NCBI GenBank assembly: GCA_963706325.1
Contig: CAVPLT010000004.1
Span: 1,024,001 to 1,088,000, forward strand
Direction of reading: 5' to 3'
Origin: an uncultured Nitrospiraceae bacterium
GTDB taxonomy: Bacteria > Nitrospirota > Nitrospiria > Nitrospirales > Nitrospiraceae
DNA: 64,000 nucleotides
Shown: piece by piece, positions 37,444 through 45,234 of the stretch
Position numbering within the stretch: position 1 is the stretch's first letter
Layout: each line of letters starts with the position of its first letter
Program-made: the position numbers and the translations under genes
Notes under the pieces: model-generated
Databases searched by the model: none
What the model saw: the letters and a program-made list of their open reading frames with translations, nothing else
Told to the model about the DNA's origin: nothing

Positions 37444-38157
37444 GTGAGCGAACATGTCGTCCCCTGTTCACCATCCGCCTTCCTTGCAGTGGGGCTCTCG
37501 CTACAACTCACTTTACCTCAGGATGAGGCACACGTTCAGTACGGTTCGTCCTTGCTGGGATGGAAGCAGGGCAGTTGGCTGATTGGCGAATGGCCGTTTC
37601 ATCTCGGGAAACCCATTCCTTGCAGTCCAGGCACGCACGTGATGCTGCGGTATATCTATCAAGGCAAAATGATCGGGTTCCACAGCGAGGTGCTGGCAAC
37701 CCAAGTCGAGCCATTTCCATTTTTGTTGCTGACGTTTCCCTCGACACTGGATGAAGTGCCCCTTCGCAGACATTGCCGGATGCCGTCGAACGAACCGATC
37801 CTTCTGCGTCATGTAAATGACGCAGCCCCCGCTCGCCCGTCGGAAACATTGACGCATATCGGAGGGTTGCTCATAGATCTAAGCGCCACAGGCTGCGCAG
37901 TCCTCCTGCAACGACCAGTGCGGGATTTTTTGCCCGGCATGGTCCTCAGAGTTGAATTTGAAATCGTGGGCACTGGCCGAGTCGACAATTTAGCAGGCTT
38001 AGTTCGAAATATCGCAATGCAGGGCGGCGAGACGTTGCTGGGCTTGGAATTTCAGTTCGACGGTAAGGAAACGATCGAATATCGCGGCTGGGGCGGCTCG
38101 GTACAGAAGGCGCTCGATGCGTTCATTCTGCGGCGACACTCGTTCGAGTCGCCCTAG
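37444..38157 (+). CDS. YcgR/DgrA-like flagellar brake (PilZN + PilZ)
   Basis: RxxxR 'LRRHCR' and DxSxxG 'DLSATG'; GTG start after GAGGGAG. Confidence 0.82.
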   Translation: MSEHVVPCSPSAFLAVGLSLQLTLPQDEAHVQYGSSLLGWKQGSWLIGEWPFHLGKPIPCSPGTHVMLRYIYQGKMIGFHSEVLATQVEPFPFLLLTFPSTLDEVPLRRHCRMPSNEPILLRHVNDAAPARPSETLTHIGGLLIDLSATGCAVLLQRPVRDFLPGMVLRVEFEIVGTGRVDNLAGLVRNIAMQGGETLLGLEFQFDGKETIEYRGWGGSVQKALDAFILRRHSFESP

Positions 38158-38159
38158 CC

Positions 38160-38193
38160 TGCAGCGGTTGCCGCAGACTAGGAATTTTTTGCC
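38160..38193. promoter_or_regulatory. Tandem putative activator sites upstream of the glycosylation island
   Basis: TGCAGCGGTTGCC (38160-38172) and GGAATTTTTTGCC (38181-38193), starts 21 bp apart. Confidence 0.55.
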
Positions 38194-38268
38194 CCCCTCC
38201 AAACGACTCCTTACTCAGGATTAGTCCCAACTTCACCGAATCTTCCCAACTCTCGCTTCACCGGCCAG

Positions 38269-38284
38269 TGGCATACATCTTGAT
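38269..38284 (+). promoter_or_regulatory. Probable variant sigma54 promoter of the glycosylation island
   Basis: TGGCATACATCTTGAT: good -24, TTGA at -12. Confidence 0.5.
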
Positions 38285-38347
38285 TGTTCTTCCCATGCCG
38301 CCACGCATCCGCCGATGGACTGAGGAAACATTCAGAAGCGCAAAGGG

Positions 38348-39553
38348 ATGACGATTATGACTCTTCACGCCCATAGTGCCGGACTCAATCCTCGATGGTG
38401 TCTTGCACAGGACACGATTGATCAGCAAGACATTGATCGGCTGATCGCCTGGCTGGGCACGTATCCACGACTCACCAAAGGGGCAATCACCCTCGACTTC
38501 GAACGGCAATGGTCGGATTGGCTAGGGCGTCCTTATTCGGTCAACTGCAATTCCGGCTCATCGGCGAACTTACTGATGTATTACGCGCTTCTCCGGTCGG
38601 GTACCTTGCGAAACACAAGCGTCATCGTGCCCAGCGTCGGATGGGTGACGTCCATCGCTCCCGCCATTCAGTTTGGCTTTACCCCCATCATGTGCGAAGC
38701 GGATCCGGATACATTCGGACTCGATCTAAACCATCTGGAAGAACTCCTGAAACGTCATGAACCGCACACGGTCCTGCTGGTGCAGGTGCTGGGGGTCCCC
38801 CATCGCATGACTGAGTTGCAGGCGCTCAAAGACCGTTACGGGTTTTATCTTCTGGAAGACGCCTGTGCTGCAATCGGAGCGGAATACGAAGGCAAGAAAG
38901 TAGGAACCTTCGGCGACATGGCGAGTTTCTCATTTTATTTCGGGCACCAGATGTCCACTATCGAGGGCGGCATGGTGTCTACCAGTGACAAGCGGTTGGC
39001 GGATCTGCTGTTGATGTTGCGCAGCCATGGATGGAGCAAGGACCTGGATCCCGTCAGGCACCAGGCATTGGTCTCGGAGTATCAGATCGACGACTTTCAC
39101 GCTCCCTTTGTGTTTTATGAGCCGGGCTTCAATCTGCGCTCAACCGACTTGAACGCGTTTATCGGCATTGAGCAACTTCGCAAGCTGGATTGGATGACCG
39201 GTCGCCGGCAGGCGAACCACGCGCTGTATCTGGAGAAGCTCGGAGCCCGTTTTTATACGCAACGTCCGCCCAAGGACAGTAAGGTGTCCAGCATCTCATT
39301 CGGCCTCCTTGCGGACTCTCCGGAGCAACGACGACGGATTGTTCGAGCACTTGTCGCCGAAGGAGTTGAGACGCGCATTTTCTCCGCCGGCAACTTAGGC
39401 CTACATCCGTTCTGGATAAACCGCTATGGGAAAGCGAGCTTTCCAATCGCTGATCGAGTGCATTACTGCGGGTTTTTCCTGCCTAATCATGCGTTGATGA
39501 ATGAACAAGACGTAAGCCAGATCGCCCGGGTCGTACTGGAGGCCGCAGGATGA
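38348..39553 (+). CDS. DegT-fold PLP/PMP enzyme, ColD-like NDP-4-keto-sugar 3-dehydratase
   Basis: 'NSGSSANL', 'LLEDAC'; 'SFYFGHQMSTIEGG' has no Schiff-base Lys and carries His, as in ColD/E1-type enzymes. Confidence 0.75.
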   Translation: MTIMTLHAHSAGLNPRWCLAQDTIDQQDIDRLIAWLGTYPRLTKGAITLDFERQWSDWLGRPYSVNCNSGSSANLLMYYALLRSGTLRNTSVIVPSVGWVTSIAPAIQFGFTPIMCEADPDTFGLDLNHLEELLKRHEPHTVLLVQVLGVPHRMTELQALKDRYGFYLLEDACAAIGAEYEGKKVGTFGDMASFSFYFGHQMSTIEGGMVSTSDKRLADLLLMLRSHGWSKDLDPVRHQALVSEYQIDDFHAPFVFYEPGFNLRSTDLNAFIGIEQLRKLDWMTGRRQANHALYLEKLGARFYTQRPPKDSKVSSISFGLLADSPEQRRRIVRALVAEGVETRIFSAGNLGLHPFWINRYGKASFPIADRVHYCGFFLPNHALMNEQDVSQIARVVLEAAG

Positions 39554-39688
39554 GCTTGTCTCTCCCGCAACGCGTGCATTCAGCTGTGGTCTGCCATCTG
39601 CCCGTCATGAGCCTGCGCCCTGTGCCGGTCGCCCCGGCAGAACCACCCCAACCTTACGATCTTCACGCATAAGGGAGCTTGTTCGACC

Positions 39689-40636
39689 ATGACGACACCT
39701 GGAACACATGTGCTCGTGACCGGCGGAGCGGGCTATATCGGCTCCGTGCTCAGCCGACAGCTGCTTGATCGAGGATATCGGGTGACGGTCCTGGATAATT
39801 TTCTCTATCGTCAGAACAGTCTGATGGACTGTTGTGGCGAAGACGGTTTCCAGGTAGTTCGCGGTGACTGTCGCGATGAACGACTGATCACTGATTTGCT
39901 GCGGCATGCGGACATCATTATCCCGCTCGCGGCCCTTGTGGGCGCCCCTCTCTGCGATCGAGACCGGATCGGGGCCTACACGGTAAATTATGAAGCGGTG
40001 CAGCTGCTCTGCAAACTCTCATCGCCTCAGCAACAAATTATTTTTCCCGTCACCAACAGCGGCTATGGGATCGGAACGCCGGGCGTGGCTTGCACCGAAG
40101 ATTCCCCGCTTCGCCCCATCAGTCTGTATGGCGAGACCAAAGTGAAAGCGGAGCGAGTCGTGCTGGATCGTGGCAATGCCATTACCCTCCGTCTCGCGAC
40201 GGTGTTTGGGGTTTCACCTCGAATGCGGATGGATTTACTCGTCAACGATTTTGTCTGGCATGCCGTGCATGACCGGGCGGTCGTCGTCTTCGAAGGTCAC
40301 TGCAAGCGGAACTATATTCACCTGCGGGATGTCGTGCGCGCATTTCTTCACGCGATCGATCATTTCGGTCAGATGAAGGATCGGCCCTACAACGTGGGGC
40401 TAGATGACGCGAATCTGTCGAAGCTCGAACTCTGCCGGGAGATTCAGCGAATCATTCCTCACTTCGTGTCCTTTGAAGCACCCATCGGCGAGGATCCTGA
40501 TAAGCGGGACTACATCGTGTCCAATCAGCGATTACTGGCAACCGGGTTCAAGCCGGATTGGTCCTTGGAGCGCGGGATCCGTGAACTGATCAAGTGTTAC
40601 ACGATTATCAAAGCCGGACAATATGCCAATGTTTAA
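39689..40636 (+). CDS. NAD-dependent SDR, Cj1427-like GDP-D-glycero-alpha-D-manno-heptose C4-dehydrogenase
   Basis: GGAGYIG, YxxxK 'YGETK'; blocks 'ADIIIPLAALVGAPLC', 'RLATVFGVSPRMRMDLLVNDF', 'IGEDPDKRDY' recalled from Cj1427. Confidence 0.78.
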   Translation: MTTPGTHVLVTGGAGYIGSVLSRQLLDRGYRVTVLDNFLYRQNSLMDCCGEDGFQVVRGDCRDERLITDLLRHADIIIPLAALVGAPLCDRDRIGAYTVNYEAVQLLCKLSSPQQQIIFPVTNSGYGIGTPGVACTEDSPLRPISLYGETKVKAERVVLDRGNAITLRLATVFGVSPRMRMDLLVNDFVWHAVHDRAVVVFEGHCKRNYIHLRDVVRAFLHAIDHFGQMKDRPYNVGLDDANLSKLELCREIQRIIPHFVSFEAPIGEDPDKRDYIVSNQRLLATGFKPDWSLERGIRELIKCYTIIKAGQYANV

Positions 40637-40666
40637 GGCGACACCACGCGAGGAAGGACGTGCAGA

Positions 40667-41737
40667 ATGATTATCAGCCGCACACCTTTCCGCATGTCAT
40701 TTTTCGGAGGTGGCACCGATTATCCGGTGTGGTTTCGCGAGCACGGCGGAGCTGTTCTCGCCACGACCATCGATAAGTATTGCTATATCACCTGCCGGCG
40801 TCTTCCGCCTTTTTTCGAGCACCGCACCCGCATCGCCTACTCGCGCATTGAGCTGGTGAACAATCATCAGGAGATCGAGCATCCGGCGGTACGCGGCGTG
40901 CTCAAGTATCTCAATATCAACGACGGTCTCGAAATCCACCACGACGGGGACTTGCCTGCCCGCACGGGACTGGGCTCCAGCTCCTCATTTACAGTGGGCC
41001 TGCTGCACACGCTATACGCATTGCAGCACATCATGCCGAGTAAAGCGCAGCTCGCGCAGGCGGCCATTCATGTCGAGCAGGATGTGCTGGGGGAAGCCGT
41101 CGGGTGCCAGGATCAGGTGCTTGCCGCGCAAGGCAGCCTCTGTCGGGTCAATTTTTTTCAGAACGGGGAGATCGGCCATACGCCGATCGTGATTCGGCCG
41201 GAACGGCTCGCCGCGTTTCAGGACCATCTGCAACTCTACTTCACAGGATTTTCACGGATCGCTTCCGAGGTGGCGCGTGAGCAAATCGACCGGACTAAAC
41301 AACGCCAGGGCGAACTCTTCACCATGCTGCAGATGGTCGAAGAAGGTATTGCCGTGCTCACCGGCAATCGCGATCTGGTTGAGTTCGGAACATTACTGCA
41401 TGACGCCTGGATGCTGAAACGCCGGCTGACCTCCCGCATTACCACCCCGGCCATCGACGATATTTACACCGCAGCCAGATCGGCTGGGGCGCTAGGCGGA
41501 AAATTATTGGGCGCGGGGGGCGGAGGGTTCATGTTGTTCTTTGCAAAACCTGAAGATCACCAGCGGATCCGGCTGGCCTTGCCGGGCTTGTTGCAGGTGC
41601 CGTTCAAATTCGAAGGGCTGGGGAGTCAGATCGTGTTTTATCAGGAGGACCATCTCATGCTGGATGACGTCTGGGCGCAGAGTTCGGCTCAGACGGCCTC
41701 CCAATTAAAAGCCGCTCTCATTGGAAAGGCGGCCTGA
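40667..41737 (+). CDS. hddA: GHMP kinase, D-glycero-D-manno-heptose-7-phosphate 1-kinase (HddA-like)
   Basis: 'TPFRMSFFGGGTD', 'GLGSSS', 'GCQDQ', 'KLLGAGGGGF'. Confidence 0.8.
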   Translation: MIISRTPFRMSFFGGGTDYPVWFREHGGAVLATTIDKYCYITCRRLPPFFEHRTRIAYSRIELVNNHQEIEHPAVRGVLKYLNINDGLEIHHDGDLPARTGLGSSSSFTVGLLHTLYALQHIMPSKAQLAQAAIHVEQDVLGEAVGCQDQVLAAQGSLCRVNFFQNGEIGHTPIVIRPERLAAFQDHLQLYFTGFSRIASEVAREQIDRTKQRQGELFTMLQMVEEGIAVLTGNRDLVEFGTLLHDAWMLKRRLTSRITTPAIDDIYTAARSAGALGGKLLGAGGGGFMLFFAKPEDHQRIRLALPGLLQVPFKFEGLGSQIVFYQEDHLMLDDVWAQSSAQTASQLKAALIGKAA

Positions 41738-41739
41738 CG

Positions 41740-42501
41740 ATGAGCGCGCTTACCGACTGCGATGTCATCATCCTGTGCGGAGGGCTGGGCACTCGGCTTC
41801 AATCCGTCGTGCAAGATCGTCCAAAATCGATGGCCGAAATTCACGGCCGCCCATTCGTTTCTCTGATCGTCGATCACTACGTGCGCCACGGCGCGCGCCG
41901 ATTCATTTTCAGCACGGGTCACCGCGGCGAGATGATCGAAGAATGGTTCGGGCGCCACCGTGGGTCCTACGACACGATGTTTATCCGCGACCCCACGCCG
42001 CTCGGGACCGGCGGAGCCCTGGCACAAGCCATGACATTGGTGCGGAGCAATCCTGTCCTGGTGCTGAACGGGGATTCTCTGTGCGAGATCGATCCGTCGC
42101 GGCTGTTGCGCTTTCATGCGCTCAAACGAGCGCGCGCGACCGTCGCGGTGACCCATCAAGAGGACCGGCCAGACACAGGATCGGTCATACTGGCCGAGGA
42201 CGATCGTGTGCTCTCGATAATTGAAAAACCACGGATTCGCATGAGCGGCTACGACAGTGCTGGAATTTATGTGATTGATCGCGCCATTTCGTCGCTCTTT
42301 CCATCCAACAGTCCTTGGTCGCTAGAACGGGACCTGCTTCCCAAACTGGTGACGCAAGGGTTCTATGGATTCGTGACCGCAAGCTCACTGTACGATATCG
42401 GCACACCCGACCGACTGGCGCGGTTTCGGGATGTCTGGCAAGAGACGTCGTCCCACCTGCCGATACACTCGCGCCACCATGCACAAGGATCGGTCGCGTA
42501 A
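41740..42501 (+). CDS. hddC: Sugar-1-phosphate nucleotidyltransferase (HddC-like guanylyltransferase)
   Basis: 'ILCGGLGTRL..PKSM', 'LGTGGAL', 'LNGDS', 'DIGTP'. Confidence 0.75.
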   Translation: MSALTDCDVIILCGGLGTRLQSVVQDRPKSMAEIHGRPFVSLIVDHYVRHGARRFIFSTGHRGEMIEEWFGRHRGSYDTMFIRDPTPLGTGGALAQAMTLVRSNPVLVLNGDSLCEIDPSRLLRFHALKRARATVAVTHQEDRPDTGSVILAEDDRVLSIIEKPRIRMSGYDSAGIYVIDRAISSLFPSNSPWSLERDLLPKLVTQGFYGFVTASSLYDIGTPDRLARFRDVWQETSSHLPIHSRHHAQGSVA

Positions 42502-43721
42502 TGGCGCCTCGCACCGCACTCGCTGCCTCGCCCGATCACAACCTTTCCTTCTCCGATCGAGGAGAGCGATTGATCGGCCAGGAAATGTTTCGGGTGCTGG
42601 ATCGCGCTCAAACCTTGGAACGCCAGGGCCACTATATTTATCACTTAGAATTGGGCAACCCGCGTATGGCGCCTCCGCCTCAAATTATTGACGCGACCAT
42701 GCAGGCGCTTCGAGCCAAACAACTCGGTTATGCGCCAATGGCCGGCATCAGTGAGTTGCGCGCGGCAGTGGCCGCTCGATATTCACTGCTGACGGGGCAC
42801 CCGTTGACGGATGCTCATGTCGTCATCAGCCCGGCGAATCTTCTTATTCACCAATTTCTCGACATTACCTGCGATCCCGGCGATCGCCTTGTCCTGTTCA
42901 TGCCGGCATTTCCCTCCTACTTGGCCGCGGCCAGCCATTTGGGACTTCATGTCACCGCCATACCGCTGACTGAAGCAGAAGGGTTTCATCTCACGCGCGA
43001 GAGCGTGGAACAGGCACTTTCAAACAGGCCGAAAGCGATCATCCTGAACAACGCCAACAATCCAACCGGAGCCTTGTACAGCCAGGCTATTGTGCAAGAG
43101 CTTACGAGCCGCTGCGAGGAAGCAGGAATTTGGCTCTTGAGTGACGAAACCTACGCCGATCTATCCTTTGACGAGTCCTTCTCCACGCTGGCGTCCTCAG
43201 AGTCAGTCCATGTGGTGGCAATCTCCTCGTTTTCAAAGGTGTTTTCTATCCCGGGATTCCGGACCGGCTATGCGTTGGCCCATGAAGCGGTCACGACAAA
43301 ATTGGCGCTGTCCAATTCAACGCTCTATTCCTGCCTTCCCGCTTTCACTCAACTGGGTTGCCTCGCCGGACTGGGGGTCATGGACAAATACCTTGCGGAG
43401 GTTCGGGCTCGCAGCGCGCGCCTGATTGGCACTTGCGCCGACCAGATCAACCGTTCCGGAGTCTTGCGCTGCCATGCACCGGAGTCGGGATTTTATCTCT
43501 TCATCGACATCGCCAGTACCAATCTTGACGACATGACCTTTTGCCGGCGGCTGCTCGACGAACAACATACGGCTGTCACACCGGGTCGTAGCTTTGGGGC
43601 AAACTACACGTCGTTTATTCGACTGGCTACATGTGGGCAGGAGGCAGATGTTCTCGAAGGCGTCTCACGCACCATCGCTTTTGCGCAGCACGTGGGAGGG
43701 TGCCATGTCCAAGCCGCTTGA
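42501..43721 (+). CDS. PLP-dependent aminotransferase, class I/II
   Basis: 'NNPTG', 'SDETY', 'SFSKVFSIPGFRTGY'; TAATG overlap with the upstream gene. Confidence 0.88.
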   Translation: MAPRTALAASPDHNLSFSDRGERLIGQEMFRVLDRAQTLERQGHYIYHLELGNPRMAPPPQIIDATMQALRAKQLGYAPMAGISELRAAVAARYSLLTGHPLTDAHVVISPANLLIHQFLDITCDPGDRLVLFMPAFPSYLAAASHLGLHVTAIPLTEAEGFHLTRESVEQALSNRPKAIILNNANNPTGALYSQAIVQELTSRCEEAGIWLLSDETYADLSFDESFSTLASSESVHVVAISSFSKVFSIPGFRTGYALAHEAVTTKLALSNSTLYSCLPAFTQLGCLAGLGVMDKYLAEVRARSARLIGTCADQINRSGVLRCHAPESGFYLFIDIASTNLDDMTFCRRLLDEQHTAVTPGRSFGANYTSFIRLATCGQEADVLEGVSRTIAFAQHVGGCHVQAA

Positions 43722-45213
43722 TGTATTGCTCGTGACTCCTCCCAGCCGGGTGCAGGTCTATCAGGATCTGAGCCGGGATCTGGCGGCCATCGAGCCCCCG
43801 GTCTGGTCGGGGTTGATTGCGACCTATCTCCGGCAGCATAGCTGCTCGGTCGCCATCCTTGATGCAGAGGCTCAAGGGTTGAATCACGAACAGACCGCGC
43901 AGCAGATCGCCGCCGTCTCTCCCAGGTTGGTAGTTTTTGTGATCTATGGCCAACAACCGTCGGCCTCCACCCAATGCATGCCGGCCGGCCGGAAGGTTTG
44001 CGAGATCTTGAATACCCTCAGCGACATTCCCACCATGGTCATGGGTACGCATCCCTCAGCGCTGCCACAGCGTACCTTGCTCGAAGAACCCTATACCTAT
44101 GTTTGTCAGGGCGAAGGTCCGGCTACCATTCTCGGGCTGCTGATCGCCTTGCGCGCCCCGCAACATTCCCTGCGTGAAGTTCCTGGCCTATGGCATAGGG
44201 AAGACGGCACTCCGGTAGGGAACGCGCCGGCACCGCTCCTGACGAATCTGGACCGTGATGTGCCGGGCCAGGCTTGGGATCTTCTGGATATGACTCGATA
44301 TCGCGCTCACAACTGGCATTGCTTCGGGAATTTGGATGCGAGATCTCCCTATGCATCGTTGCAGACCAGCTTGGGTTGTCCCTTCACCTGCTCATTTTGC
44401 TGCATCAATGCGCCCTTTACCACGCCCATGTTGCGGACCTGGAGCCCGGACAACGTCATCGGCCAGATCGACCGGCTGGTCCGGGAGTATGGAATCACCA
44501 ACATCAAGATTCCGGATGAGATGTTTGTCCTGAATCGGCGGCATGTGGTCGGCATTTGCGACCGAATCATCCAGCGAGGCTACCGACTCAATATCTGGGC
44601 CTACGCGCGAGTGGATACCGTGCAGGACGAGGTGTTGGCTAAATTGGCTCGAGCAGGATTTACCTGGCTGGGCCTGGGCATTGAATCCGGCAGTCAACAT
44701 GTGAGGGACGGCGTAGAAAAAGGCCGATTCGGCGAACGTGACATCATTGCAACGGTCGACAAAATTCGTTCGTACGGCATTCATGTCGCCGCCAACTATA
44801 TCTTCGGATTACCCGACGATACCGTGGACAGCATGCGGGCGACCCTGGATCTTGCCCTCGCCCTCAATACGGAATGGGCTAACTTTTACTGTGCCATGGC
44901 CTACCCTGGGTCAGCGCTCTACGCGCTCGCGAAACAGAAACAATGGGCCTTGCCGGATGATAGGGGAGGGCCCGGCTGGATCGGCTATTCGCAACATGCC
45001 TACGACAGCCGCCCCTTGCCCACTGAATGCCTTGCGGCCACGGAGGTCTTGGCCTTCCGAGATCGCGCATTTTTAGAATATTTCGGCCACCCGCGTTACC
45101 TGAGTATGCTGCACAAGACCTTTGGGGAGCGCATCGCTGTCCATGTCAAAGAGATGTGCAGTCATCACGTGCGGCGCCGTCATCATGATGTCGCAGTCAC
45201 ACCGGCTGCCTAG
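43705..45213 (+). CDS. Cobalamin-dependent radical SAM enzyme
   Basis: N-terminal B12-binding domain ('EPPVW', 'MGTHPSALP'); CxxxCxxC 'CPFTCSFC'; 'LGIESG', 'YIFGLP'. Confidence 0.88.
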   Translation: MSKPLDVLLVTPPSRVQVYQDLSRDLAAIEPPVWSGLIATYLRQHSCSVAILDAEAQGLNHEQTAQQIAAVSPRLVVFVIYGQQPSASTQCMPAGRKVCEILNTLSDIPTMVMGTHPSALPQRTLLEEPYTYVCQGEGPATILGLLIALRAPQHSLREVPGLWHREDGTPVGNAPAPLLTNLDRDVPGQAWDLLDMTRYRAHNWHCFGNLDARSPYASLQTSLGCPFTCSFCCINAPFTTPMLRTWSPDNVIGQIDRLVREYGITNIKIPDEMFVLNRRHVVGICDRIIQRGYRLNIWAYARVDTVQDEVLAKLARAGFTWLGLGIESGSQHVRDGVEKGRFGERDIIATVDKIRSYGIHVAANYIFGLPDDTVDSMRATLDLALALNTEWANFYCAMAYPGSALYALAKQKQWALPDDRGGPGWIGYSQHAYDSRPLPTECLAATEVLAFRDRAFLEYFGHPRYLSMLHKTFGERIAVHVKEMCSHHVRRRHHDVAVTPAA

Positions 45214-45234
45214 AAACAGAGGGAAGGAGTCTTC

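Noticed and set aside
39550..45213. RiPP system (small ORF as precursor plus radical SAM)
   Set aside because: The radical SAM is B12-type with no visible RRE or SPASM domain, there is no peptidase or transporter, and all neighbours are sugar enzymes.
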